NCBI GenBank assembly: GCA_003599425.1
Contig: QZKC01000083.1
Location: 10,372-74,371, forward strand
Direction: 5' to 3'
Length of the DNA: 64,000 nt
DNA from: Nitrospiraceae bacterium
Lineage (GTDB): Bacteria > Nitrospirota > Thermodesulfovibrionia > UBA6902
A model generated the notes under the pieces. It saw only the letters and a list, made by a program, of their open reading frames with translations, made no database searches and was not told the DNA's origin. This document shows, piece by piece, positions 1-8,866 of this stretch (positions are counted from its first letter, which is position 1; every line of letters begins with the position of its first letter). A program made the position numbers and the translations under genes.

Positions 1-171
1 TGACGAAGGCATGCCGAATATCTGGTACATGGCTATACCTGCAAACAAAACTGAACCTGTAGCAGAAAGGATATAGGAGAGGCTTCTCACTTTCGGGAAA
101 GGCAGGAGGGAAATCACCGCGGACGAAAGGAAAAAGAGAACTCCACTGATAAAAATACTTTCGATATCCAT
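1..171 (-). CDS. N-terminal 57 codons of a polytopic membrane protein; the gene runs off the left edge of the window
   Basis: A minus-strand ATG at 169-171 opens a stop-free frame down to position 1 (MDIESIFISGVLFFLSSAVISLLPFPKVRSLSYILSATGSVLFAGIAMYQIFGMPSS). The peptide is strongly hydrophobic. It is below the 60-aa cutoff of the ORF track. There is no clear SD and the family cannot be assigned. Confidence 0.3.
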   Translation of the reverse strand, partial: MDIESIFISGVLFFLSSAVISLLPFPKVRSLSYILSATGSVLFAGIAMYQIFGMPSS

Positions 172-246
172 TTTTTAATTAAAACGGATTATTATATATC
201 GGAAGCTGATTTTAATAAAGAGACAGGAAATAATCGGGAGGTAATC

Positions 247-1635
247 ATGCAGCGGATCCGAATAAAGAAACTCCTTTCAGAGGGAATAGCTGGTCAGGAC
301 ATCTCTGTCTGCGGATGGGTGAGGACAAAGCGTGAATCAAAAGGGATCGCGTTTATTGCATTGAATGACGGTTCAACGCAGGATACTCTTCAACTCGTTA
401 TCCCGGAAACCTCCCCTGCATTTCAGAAACTCTCTCAATGCAACACCGGGGCCGCGATCAGGGCAGCAGGTGTTCTGAAAGAGTCTCCTGCCAAAGGACA
501 GAGATTTGAGGTGGAGGTCGTCTCTGAGATCGAGGTCTTTGGTGATGCTGACCCGGCAACATACCCGCTGCAGAAGAAGGGGCATACTCTGGAGTTTATG
601 CGCGAGATCGGACATCTCAGGCCCAGGACAAACACCTTCGGCGCTGTGTTGAGGGTGAGGAACATCCTTGCTGAGGCTGTACACGAATTCTTTCAGGACA
701 GAGGGTTCATCTGGGTGCACACGCCGATAATCACGGCAAGTGACTGCGAGGGTGCAGGTGATCTGTTTACAGTAACAACGCTCGATCTGGAGAAACTGCC
801 GAAAGGCAACGGGAGTGTGGATTTCTCCCAGGACTTTTTCGGCAGACGGGCATTTCTGACTGTCAGCGGGCAGCTTGAGGGAGAATTTCTTGCCATGGCG
901 CTCGGTGATGTCTATACCTTCGGCCCGACATTCCGTGCTGAAAATTCAAACACATCGCGCCACCTTTCAGAGTTCTGGATGATCGAGCCTGAGATCGCCT
1001 TTGCAAACCTCAGGGATGATATGGAGCTTGCAGGTGATTTCTTCCGCTTTCTGTGTGAGAGAGTTCTTGAAAAATGCGAAAGCGAGATAGCTTTTCTTGA
1101 GAAATTCTACAAGAACACATCCATTGCCGAACTTAAAACACTCTCTGAAAAATCTTTTGTCCATATCTCCTACTCTGACGCAATAAAAGAACTTGAACGG
1201 GCAAAAGAGAAATTTGAGTTCCCGGTTAAATGGGGGCTTGACCTGCAGTCCGAGCACGAACGCTACCTTACTGATAAGGTTTACAATGGGCCCGTGATCG
1301 TAACAGACTATCCGCAGGAAATAAAAGCCTTCTATATGAGGCTGAATGATGACGGAAAAACCGTGGCAGCAATGGACGTCCTCGTTCCGAAGATAGGAGA
1401 GATCATTGGAGGAAGCCAGCGTGAGGAGCGGCTTGATGTATTAACGGAGAGAATGCGTGAGTCAGGAATTCCTTTTGAGAACATGGCATGGTACCTCGAT
1501 CTCAGGAGATACGGCTCAGCGCCCCACGCGGGATTCGGACTGGGATTTGAGAGGCTTGTACAGTATATCACCGGCATGCAGAACATCCGCGACGTCATAC
1601 CGTGTCCCCGCGCCCCTCAGACGATAAAGTTTTGA
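247..1635 (+). CDS. asnS: asparaginyl-tRNA synthetase (class II aaRS)
   Basis: 462-aa ORF with SD GGGAGG upstream of the ATG. It has an N-terminal OB-fold region, the AsnRS-typical motif-2 string FRAENSNTSRHLSEFWMIEPE and the motif-3 string GSAPHAGFGLGFERL. Confidence 0.93.
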   Translation: MQRIRIKKLLSEGIAGQDISVCGWVRTKRESKGIAFIALNDGSTQDTLQLVIPETSPAFQKLSQCNTGAAIRAAGVLKESPAKGQRFEVEVVSEIEVFGDADPATYPLQKKGHTLEFMREIGHLRPRTNTFGAVLRVRNILAEAVHEFFQDRGFIWVHTPIITASDCEGAGDLFTVTTLDLEKLPKGNGSVDFSQDFFGRRAFLTVSGQLEGEFLAMALGDVYTFGPTFRAENSNTSRHLSEFWMIEPEIAFANLRDDMELAGDFFRFLCERVLEKCESEIAFLEKFYKNTSIAELKTLSEKSFVHISYSDAIKELERAKEKFEFPVKWGLDLQSEHERYLTDKVYNGPVIVTDYPQEIKAFYMRLNDDGKTVAAMDVLVPKIGEIIGGSQREERLDVLTERMRESGIPFENMAWYLDLRRYGSAPHAGFGLGFERLVQYITGMQNIRDVIPCPRAPQTIKF

Positions 1636-2004
1636 TCTGAATAACTCATAAATTTTCTCTGAAGCAAGCCATGACTCAAAAACATCTTGGACGCGATATG
1701 ATTTTAAAAGTATTTGTTATATCTATTTTTTTATAGATTACGTTATGCTGTCTTCGCTAAGGTATCGCACAATATGTTTTTTCGTCATACTTGCTTCAAG
1801 CTTCAGGTTTATGAACAATTCAGATGCAAGATTTTGAATCATAGCTGGGCAAGGCAGATGAAAAAATACATCCCGATTCCATAGTGAGCATACTGGAAGC
1901 AAAAAAATATTTCTTATGACTTAATATCAGATCGAGGTGAAAGAGTTTTGAAAATCTATCGGATTATGGATTTTTGAATCTGTTTTGCCCAGGCACGATT
2001 TGAA

Positions 2005-2673
2005 TCAGTTGTGTTCCTCTGATCTTTCAGACTCAGGAGAATGTACTTCGCCTTCCTCCGCCTCAGAAGACTGCGTCTCTGCTGTATGCCCCTCTTCAGA
2101 ATATTCCTGATATTCTGTTTCAGCAGGCGCCTGCTCAGGCGCTTCAGGCATATCAAATTCCTGGAACTCTTTCAGGGTAGGCATCTCCGAGAGGTCTTTC
2201 AACCCGAAGTACTGGAGGAACTCCTTTGTCGTGCCATACATGAGCGGCCTGCCCGGCACTTCCTTCCTGCCAAGTATTTTTACCAGCTTTCTGTCAAGGA
2301 GCGTCTTGACCACGCCATCTGAATTCACGCCCCTGATGGCCTCGATCTCAGCTTTTATGATCGGCTGCTTATAGGCAATAATGGCAAGGGTCTCAAGAGA
2401 CGGCTGTGACAGTTTGGCAGGCACCGCGGTGGAAAGGAGTTTTTTCACCCATGGGGCACACGCAGGGTTGGTCACCATCTGTACCCCTTCCGCAACTTCA
2501 GCAACAAGAAGCCCGGTATTATTCAGGGTGTAATCATTGACAAGCTCCCTGACAAGACGCTCGATCTCACCCCTGTCGATCTCCAGTATGTTCTTGAGCG
2601 CATCAAGAGATAATGGTTCCCCGGCAATGAAGAGCAGAGATTCAATGACTGATTTTGCTTCTTTGTCTTCCAT
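2005..2673 (-). CDS. scpB: segregation and condensation protein B (ScpB) with an acidic C-terminal tail
   Basis: 222 aa. The N-terminus SVIESLLFIAGEPLSLDAL and the second winged-helix segment (LETLAIIAYKQPIIKAEIEAIRGVNSDGVVKTLLDRKLV) are typical of ScpB. The E/S-rich tail is not conserved. Confidence 0.85.
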   Translation of the reverse strand: MEDKEAKSVIESLLFIAGEPLSLDALKNILEIDRGEIERLVRELVNDYTLNNTGLLVAEVAEGVQMVTNPACAPWVKKLLSTAVPAKLSQPSLETLAIIAYKQPIIKAEIEAIRGVNSDGVVKTLLDRKLVKILGRKEVPGRPLMYGTTKEFLQYFGLKDLSEMPTLKEFQEFDMPEAPEQAPAETEYQEYSEEGHTAETQSSEAEEGEVHSPESERSEEHN

Positions 2674-2775
2674 AATGAGCTAAAATCGTAACAAAAATGG
2701 TCCAAAAAAGACAACGTACTATGCTCGTCTTTGTCTTTTTTCTAAACTCTTAACTCAAAAACTCTTAACTCTTCG

Positions 2776-3567
2776 TTATCTGAGTATACTTGCTGTGGCT
2801 GTGAGCACTTTAATGATACGGCGGGAATAGGAGGTCTTCTTATGATACCTGCCGAGGGGATGCTCTTTCATGAATTTTGAATCTTTGCCGTTATTCAAGA
2901 GTTCAATCATTCTCATGAAAGACTCCTGCCTGAAATTGTATATGTCCCCAACAGGAATTTCGTAAGGGAAACGGTCATCTATGAACCGTGACAATGGGGC
3001 ATAATTCGGTATTCTCGAAAGGAAAAGGACGCCATTGAATATTTTCTTGTTGGTCTTGAAGGAAAACATCAGGCTTTCAAGCTTGTCCTCCATGAAGATA
3101 TCGTGTCTTTTCTGCATGACCTTATCAAGATCTTTCAGCGCCTTCCTGTATCTTTTGTCAACGATACTGTCTGATTTGACCTCGAGGATAGAATGACCGA
3201 AGGGCACCCTGCTTTTCTTAAGGTTATGCACTACCGCATCAGCACACAGATGCGTCAGGTATCCATAAGCGAATGCCTTCTGCCTGTCGGTTTTTGAGGC
3301 TTCCAGTAAACCCCATGCGATATGCCAGTCGTGGGTATTCTTCTCGTGACCCTGGAATCTCCTGCCGAACAGGATATCCGCGCTCACATTGCCATACAGG
3401 AAGTCATTCTTGTATTTTTTTAGGATACGGTAGATACCAATGGGGATAAGCGCAGCTCCCATCTCCAGTACCTGATACCCAAGGTATACATGAGTAAGCG
3501 GGCCCCACGCATGGGCAAGCGAAGGGATGAGAAAAATATATATAAAAACAGACGCTATAATCATCAT
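2776..3567 (-). CDS. secreted zinc-dependent phospholipase C-like protein (putative)
   Basis: 263 aa. The signal peptide ends AHA|W, so the mature N-terminus would be WGPLTH (N-terminal Trp plus His is the Zn-ligand pattern of the Zn-PLC fold). Further His/Asp clusters are present (THDWHIAWG, YLTHLCADAVVHN). Confidence 0.5.
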   Translation of the reverse strand: MMIIASVFIYIFLIPSLAHAWGPLTHVYLGYQVLEMGAALIPIGIYRILKKYKNDFLYGNVSADILFGRRFQGHEKNTHDWHIAWGLLEASKTDRQKAFAYGYLTHLCADAVVHNLKKSRVPFGHSILEVKSDSIVDKRYRKALKDLDKVMQKRHDIFMEDKLESLMFSFKTNKKIFNGVLFLSRIPNYAPLSRFIDDRFPYEIPVGDIYNFRQESFMRMIELLNNGKDSKFMKEHPLGRYHKKTSYSRRIIKVLTATASILR

Positions 3568-3653
3568 GACTTGTAATAGTTTAGGCTATTTACCAAATAA
3601 AATCCACGTTCAGTAAAATATCCCTGTTTATTCACAAGCTGCATAACTTTACT

Positions 3654-3686
3654 TGAAAAAAGGGCGGAGCATGAGCTCCGCCTCGC
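3654..3686 (-). terminator. intrinsic terminator downstream of the octaheme cytochrome gene
   Basis: The minus strand reads gaGGCGGAGCtcatGCTCCGCCcttttttc, a perfect 8-bp GC stem and 4-nt loop followed by a T-run. It lies 17 nt after the stop at 3703. Confidence 0.8.
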
Positions 3687-3702
3687 ACGTTAAATCCTAT
3701 CC

Positions 3703-5397
3703 CTATTTCGCTGCAGTCTTCATGGCAATAGCGTCATTGATGATCTTTATTCCTTTCTGAGATTCATCAACCGACCGTGTAAGGGATTCCCGCGCCATTT
3801 CCGGGTTGTGGAAGCCGTCCGAATTCTCAGCGGTCCAGAATTCCCAGAGGATATGCGCTTTGAGGTGCTGATCCTGAGCCTGCTTAATGATCTCGGCATC
3901 AAGACCGCTCTTTTTACCCTCGACTATTTTGTCGATCAGAGCAGCAAGATGAAATTCAGCCTTCCTCATTTTGCCCTTTATATGTGCCTTGATAGAGTCG
4001 ATGGAATACTTTGCCTGCTCCTCGGTCCATTTCGGGTGACACTTGATGCACGTCTCCTTGAGCTGAACCCGTGGCGTTACCGCAAAATGCGATGTATAGG
4101 TTTTCCCTGTCTTCTTGTCTTTCACTTTTGGTGTGTGACAACTATCGCATCCGGCCCCTGCTTTTGCGTGTTTTGAATTGTAATAGACCTCAGACTCTGG
4201 ATGCTGGGCCTTCCAGAGAAGCCCTCCGGTCAGCGCATGCTTAAAGTCAAGGAAATTCACCTTGTTGACGTAGTGATCATAGAGGTCGAATACATCCTTA
4301 TAAGGGAAATGGTTAGTCCTCCTGTCTGTCATCGTAACAGAGTATTTCGATGTATCCGGATTTCTGGGCTCATAGCCGGGATTGCAGTTGTATTCGACAT
4401 GGCACTGTCCGCACTGCAGCCTTGTGTCGTACTTGTCAAGCAGCGCGATCTTGCGTGTGAAGCCCCTCATTCCCATCTCAACGACTTTTATTCCGGTCTT
4501 CTTCGGGTCCTTGTGCCAGAGCGTGTCCGCATCCGGTCTCGTAAGCGCGTCTATCAAACCGTCCCTCACGATTCTCGGTTTTGCCGCGTGTGGATCATGG
4601 CAATAGAAACAGTTCAATCCATGCTGCAGGTCTTTCGCAACTTCAAAAACCTTTGAGGTCCTGGCCCATTTCACCCCTTCTACAGGATCTCCCATATATG
4701 ACCAGCCGAGGATGTGATCCTGTGATTTGCACTGCAGGCACACCGGGTTTGCTGCGGCAGCGCTTTGCGGTATGAATGCCTTGTGCTCGGTGGCATCAGG
4801 GTATTTGTCTTCCAGCACATCCCATGCTTTTCCTGTTTCAAAGATGTAATTCCATCCGTTTTTCCCCTGGAATCTCCCTCCATAGGCCCTGTCCACAACG
4901 TAATGGTCAATGAGCATCCAGTTGTGGCTTCTCGTGAGGTTATGCTCTTTGGTAAAGCCATGCCCTGCCATCAGTTTGTCCCAGAACGGATTTGGCGCTC
5001 TGTTAGTAAGCTGTGATTTCTCATCACGCGCAGGCCTGTGCCAGCTTACCTTCATGAAGGTTTCGTACTGTTCCTTATGACACTGGCCGCAGGCCTCCCA
5101 TGATGTATCCGTAACTGGCCGTGTTTCAGGTGTCTGGTTTTCAGCGGCCTTCAGGTGTTTGTCGAGTTCTTTGTGGCAGTTCGAGCAGTTGACTTTAGAA
5201 TGCTTGCCCATCTTGTGAAGCTCCTGGACCTGATCATGACAGTCATAGCATGATTCAACTTTTACATCTTTTTCTTTCTGAGGAGCTTTTTGAGCAGGTG
5301 CGCTTTCATACTGGGCATCAACACCCGAGTAGTAAATGCCGATGGTCAGCACTGTCACAAAAGCCGCTGCAAGCAATATATAGACTTTTTTCTTCAT
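3703..5397 (-). CDS. octaheme cytochrome c nitrite reductase, TvNiR/ONR type
   Basis: 564 aa with an N-terminal signal/anchor. It has seven CxxCH motifs (CYDCH, CSNCH, CGQCH, CFYCH, CGQCH, CDSCH, CIKCH) and one CxxCK (CLQCK) in fourth position, the Lys-ligated catalytic haem arrangement. CHVEYNC carries the Tyr-x-Cys pair described for TvNiR. Confidence 0.8.
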   Translation of the reverse strand: MKKKVYILLAAAFVTVLTIGIYYSGVDAQYESAPAQKAPQKEKDVKVESCYDCHDQVQELHKMGKHSKVNCSNCHKELDKHLKAAENQTPETRPVTDTSWEACGQCHKEQYETFMKVSWHRPARDEKSQLTNRAPNPFWDKLMAGHGFTKEHNLTRSHNWMLIDHYVVDRAYGGRFQGKNGWNYIFETGKAWDVLEDKYPDATEHKAFIPQSAAAANPVCLQCKSQDHILGWSYMGDPVEGVKWARTSKVFEVAKDLQHGLNCFYCHDPHAAKPRIVRDGLIDALTRPDADTLWHKDPKKTGIKVVEMGMRGFTRKIALLDKYDTRLQCGQCHVEYNCNPGYEPRNPDTSKYSVTMTDRRTNHFPYKDVFDLYDHYVNKVNFLDFKHALTGGLLWKAQHPESEVYYNSKHAKAGAGCDSCHTPKVKDKKTGKTYTSHFAVTPRVQLKETCIKCHPKWTEEQAKYSIDSIKAHIKGKMRKAEFHLAALIDKIVEGKKSGLDAEIIKQAQDQHLKAHILWEFWTAENSDGFHNPEMARESLTRSVDESQKGIKIINDAIAMKTAAK

Positions 5398-5533
5398 TGT
5401 AATGCCTCCTTTCTATTGAACGGTTATTATCACCTCGAAATGGTTGATCGGGATATCCATATATAACATCACCTCCTTCATTTTGAATTTCTTCAGGATC
5501 ACGTCTTTTTTTATGCATTCAACTGTTATATTC

Positions 5534-5571
5534 AGCAAATATGCTGTTAATCCCTGTAAAGAACTTGTAAA
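5534..5571 (-). promoter_or_regulatory. phased direct-repeat module S1 (candidate OmpR-type regulator binding array) upstream of the octaheme gene
   Basis: The minus strand reads TTTACA-agttc-TTTACA-ggg-ATTAACAGC-ata-TTTGCT. It lies 137-174 nt upstream of the ATG at 5397. The same module occurs at 5843-5880 and 8679-8716. Confidence 0.6.
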
Positions 5572-5578
5572 TCCGCGG

Positions 5579-5803
5579 TCATTCGATGCTGTAATATGTC
5601 AGGTGGACATTTCTGACATTTTCGATCCTCCTGAGAAATTCCACTTCTTCCTTCATTGCATCAATAGTTTCGCGCCTGAAAAGGAAGAACGCTTTGTCAG
5701 TTACGATATCGCTCACATCCATCGATCTCCTTTCCATTTCCTTCACAATGGCATCAATATTATTTTTCCCTGCTGCCTCTACAAATCCACTCGCAACAAC
5801 CAT
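5579..5803 (-). CDS. small hypothetical cytoplasmic protein (74 aa) between the regulator gene and the octaheme gene
   Basis: ORF-track entry 5579..5806. The ATG at 5803 is preceded by SD GAGGAGAGG. The gene is co-oriented with its flanking genes and has its own upstream copy of the repeat module. No family was recognised. Confidence 0.45.
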   Translation of the reverse strand: MVVASGFVEAAGKNNIDAIVKEMERRSMDVSDIVTDKAFFLFRRETIDAMKEEVEFLRRIENVRNVHLTYYSIE

Positions 5804-5842
5804 CACGCCTCTCCTCGATGGTTCTTATTTAACAGATTGCGC

Positions 5843-5880
5843 GGTAAAGGTGCTGTTAATCTGTGTAAAGGAGATGTAAA
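5843..5880 (-). promoter_or_regulatory. phased direct-repeat module S2
   Basis: The minus strand reads TTTACA-tctcc-TTTACA-cag-ATTAACAGC-acc-TTTACC, followed by gcgcAATCTGTT. It lies 40-77 nt upstream of the small ORF ATG at 5803. Confidence 0.6.
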
Positions 5881-6010
5881 TTTATGAAATTATGACGCAG
5901 GAGTGCTGCCAGAAATGCCCGATCCCTGAAAGGATGAAAATGAGGTTTTGAAGGTTTAATATTCGCATTTATTAATTGATGTTGCTGAGTTGGTGCAAAA
6001 CGTCGGCAGT

Positions 6011-6694
6011 TCAGTCCGCAAACCGGTATCCGGCTCCGGGGACCGTGATGATGTATTTGGGATTGGACGGGTCTTTCTCTATCTTCTGTCTCAGGTGCTG
6101 GATATGCACGTCTATAACCCTGCTCCATGAATAAATGGATGAGCGCTTCCATAAGTGCTTTCTTATTGATTCCCTGCTCACTGCTTCGCCGCGATGGCTG
6201 ATAAAAAAACGGAGCAGGTCGTATTCTTTCGGGGTAAGGTCAATGGTCTTGCCGGCTAATGTCACAAGACGTTTTTTGAAATCTACTTTCAGGTTCCCGA
6301 TGGCAACCTTCTCTTCTGCAGCAGGCGCGCTTGTCCTGCGCAGGCAGGCCTTTATCCTCGCGACCAGTTCAAGTGTTTCAAATGGCTTGACCACATAGTC
6401 ATCAGCGCCGCTCTCAAGGCCAAAGACCTTATCCGAGACCTTGTCCTTTGCGGTCAGCATGATAATGGGCATTCCCGGATACTCCTTCCTAAGATCACGG
6501 CAGATCTCAGTGCCATCCCTGTCCGGCAGCATCACATCAAGGATCACGAGATCAGGGTTGTGCTCCGATAAAATTTCCTGCGCCGCTGCCCAGTTGTCAG
6601 CCGTATCGACTTCATAACCATGCAGTTCAATGTTCGCTTTGAGGACTTTCAGGATATCCCTGTCATCATCAACTACGAGTATCCGGTTACTCAT
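6011..6694 (-). CDS. OmpR/PhoB-family response regulator
   Basis: The receiver domain has ILVVDDD, DLVILDVMLPDRDG and the LTAK lysine. The C-terminal winged helix has LTPKEYDLLRFF and YIITVPGAGYRF. The track start at 6784 is probably too long, because the ATG at 6694 (MSNRILVVDDD) is preceded by GGAAGGGAG. Confidence 0.9.
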   Translation of the reverse strand: MSNRILVVDDDRDILKVLKANIELHGYEVDTADNWAAAQEILSEHNPDLVILDVMLPDRDGTEICRDLRKEYPGMPIIMLTAKDKVSDKVFGLESGADDYVVKPFETLELVARIKACLRRTSAPAAEEKVAIGNLKVDFKKRLVTLAGKTIDLTPKEYDLLRFFISHRGEAVSRESIRKHLWKRSSIYSWSRVIDVHIQHLRQKIEKDPSNPKYIITVPGAGYRFAD

Positions 6695-6814
6695 GGTGAA
6701 CTCCCTTCCAATAGAAGGCACAAACGGTAGACTGTGCTTTTTGTCGATCATGGAAATATCGGCGCAGTGCTGCCCTTTGTGCATTAAAAGATACTAAATG
6801 AAAATCTCTGGGAA

Positions 6815-8476
6815 TTAATAACATGGCTTATCATTTCCCTTTCTCGGCAAGGTAAAACATATACCTGCGCCTTTTTCACCTGTGTCCGCCACCCTGATCT
6901 CTCCTTTGTGAGCCTCGATGATACCTTTACAGATAGCCAGTCCGAGACCTGTTCCGTACCGGTTGCCTACTGTATAGAACTTGTCAAAGATTTTCTCTCT
7001 GACCTCCTGAGGTATCCCCGGGCCCTGGTCCCTGATTGTCACGATAACACTTCTGTCAGTCTCAGTAACCGTTATCCGGATCTCTGAATTGTCAGGGCTG
7101 AAGTTGATCGCGTTTGAAACGAGGTTTATCAGTACCTGCCGTATCCTGTCCTGGTCCGCGGAGACTGCTGTCGCAGGGACTGACACTATCTGAAATGTAA
7201 TGCCCCTTGCGGCAGTTATGGTCTGAAAACTTATTATCACCTCTTTTATGAGGGAAAGCATTTTCACCTGGCTGTAGTGAAGATCGAACATCCCGGATTC
7301 AATGCGTTCGAGGTCGAGGGTGTCGTTTACCATCCGTATGAGCCTGTCTGAATTTTTTTTAACCACCTCAAGAAATTCCATAATCTCTTCTGTGTCCCCG
7401 CTGCTGCGCGAGATTGTCGGGATCCTCGCATGCAGGTAATCCATCGCTCCCTTGATGGACGTCATAGGCGTCCTCAGTTCATGCGATATCTTCGCGATGA
7501 AATCAGATTTCCTCTCGTTCAGTTCAGTAAGCCTCGCATTGGCTTCCTCAAGGCTTTTCGTTGCAGCCTGCACCTTTTTTTCAAGGCTTGTGTGATACCC
7601 GGTCAGGGCCTTTGACATGTCAATAAATGATTTGCTGAGTTCCTCGATCTCATCTCCTGTCCTGATCAGGGAAGTTTGATCGCCTTCTCCGCCGTAGAAC
7701 TCCTGCATTGATGCCTTCAATTGTTTGACGGGGCGAAGGACCAGCTCTTTCATCATGACATAAAGCACGATCATCAGGATGCTGATCGTTGCGATGCTTG
7801 CCAGCACCATATCCCTTCGTCCCGAACGTATCATGGAAAACGCATAATCCATCGGTACAGCTATGCTGATGGCTCCCCTCACGTCCCCCACTTTATAACC
7901 CTGATGTGCATGACACTGAAGGCAGGAATCCTCGATATACAGCGGGGCAATATACCGGTAATATCGGGCTGTGCCGGTTCTCTCTATCATGGAAGCTTCT
8001 GTCTTCAGACGGTCTTCAAATTCATGGAGCGCTTCGCTCTCAAACGGGTCCGGCGCGTTTTCCGGATTTACGAGTCTGAGACTCGTTATGTGAAACCAGT
8101 AGAGCCCTTTTTCAAGGGCATATTTTGAAAGTTCCTTTGTGACCATGGCAGGACTTTCTTTTGTGTATCTCCTGCCTTGAACATCCACTATTTCCGGCTC
8201 TGCAAGATAAGGGCTCGCTCCTTTCCAGGGGACTTTTTCAACAAAAACGCCGCCATGATCAGCGACCCACTCACGCGTAAGGATGATCTGGCGGAACAGC
8301 GTTTTCGCCTGCTGGTCCACCTGTTTCAGGATAAGCTGTTCATGGTTCCTCGATATGAAGTAAAGAGATACCCCCATTGCAACGGACAGTACGGCGGCCA
8401 CTCCAATGATAAATTTCAGGCTGAGGCTGATCTTTAAGGCCCTGAACTCCGCGAGCAATTCTTTCAGTGTCAACAT
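6815..8476 (-). CDS. sensor histidine kinase with an extracytoplasmic DUF3365 (Tll0287-like) haem-c sensor domain
   Basis: 553 aa. Order: TM1, sensor region with a single CLQCH motif in the DUF3365-typical context (YYRYIAPLYIEDSCLQCHAHQGYKVGDVRGAISI), TM2, HAMP-like linker, H-box SHELRTPMTSI, then ATPase boxes (NLVSNAINFS, DQGPGI, GTGLGL). Confidence 0.85.
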   Translation of the reverse strand: MLTLKELLAEFRALKISLSLKFIIGVAAVLSVAMGVSLYFISRNHEQLILKQVDQQAKTLFRQIILTREWVADHGGVFVEKVPWKGASPYLAEPEIVDVQGRRYTKESPAMVTKELSKYALEKGLYWFHITSLRLVNPENAPDPFESEALHEFEDRLKTEASMIERTGTARYYRYIAPLYIEDSCLQCHAHQGYKVGDVRGAISIAVPMDYAFSMIRSGRRDMVLASIATISILMIVLYVMMKELVLRPVKQLKASMQEFYGGEGDQTSLIRTGDEIEELSKSFIDMSKALTGYHTSLEKKVQAATKSLEEANARLTELNERKSDFIAKISHELRTPMTSIKGAMDYLHARIPTISRSSGDTEEIMEFLEVVKKNSDRLIRMVNDTLDLERIESGMFDLHYSQVKMLSLIKEVIISFQTITAARGITFQIVSVPATAVSADQDRIRQVLINLVSNAINFSPDNSEIRITVTETDRSVIVTIRDQGPGIPQEVREKIFDKFYTVGNRYGTGLGLAICKGIIEAHKGEIRVADTGEKGAGICFTLPRKGNDKPCY

Positions 8477-8678
8477 TACCCCGTCCCGGCGTGTGATTTC
8501 AGTTTCTTATGCTTCAACAACAATTGTAAGTAGCTTGCAGCGACGTGTCAATCAGAAAAAGGGATCAATTCGTGAAGGATTATCGTGCTATTAAAAATTC
8601 TTAATTGCAAGCCATCGGCAATTATGATATTTGAAGAGTTAAGTAGTGCAATGTGTATTATAAATGCTAATGAAGAAC

Positions 8679-8716
8679 TTTACCTGTTCTTTACATACAT
8701 TAACTGAACATTTACA
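8679..8716 (+). promoter_or_regulatory. phased direct-repeat module S3 upstream of napA
   Basis: The plus strand reads TTTACC-tgttc-TTTACA-tac-ATTAACTGA-aca-TTTACA, followed by ggggAATCTGTT. It lies 151-188 nt upstream of the napA ATG and has the same orientation relative to its gene as S1 and S2. Confidence 0.6.
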
Positions 8717-8866
8717 GGGGAATCTGTTATGTTTTCTGCTAAGGAACGTGTCAGTGATTAGTGACAGCTTCAGTAAAGAAACAACTGACACATATAACCT
8801 TTCGTATGAATTCGAATATAACGTAATTTAAACAAGATCATTTATGAAAGCGTAAAGGAGGCCACC

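Noticed and set aside
3703-5397. Calling the multihaem cytochrome NrfA, Hao or MccA
   Set aside because: NrfA has five haems, whereas eight sites are present here. Hao-type proteins lack CxxCK. MccA has a CX15CH site that is absent here. The octaheme TvNiR-type call fits best.
5444-5887. 147-aa plus-strand ORF between the octaheme gene and the regulator gene
   Set aside because: It overlaps the better-supported minus-strand small ORF. Its internally repeated peptide (AVNPCKELVN / AVNLCKGDVN) is simply the translation of regulatory repeat modules S1 and S2.
8749-8766. Imperfect palindrome TGTCAgtgattagTGACA between repeat module S3 and napA (CRP/FNR-like operator?)
   Set aside because: Only 5+5 bp are symmetrical and the N8 spacing does not match the FNR or CRP consensus. 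It occurs once. It could equally be a small 5'-UTR hairpin or chance.
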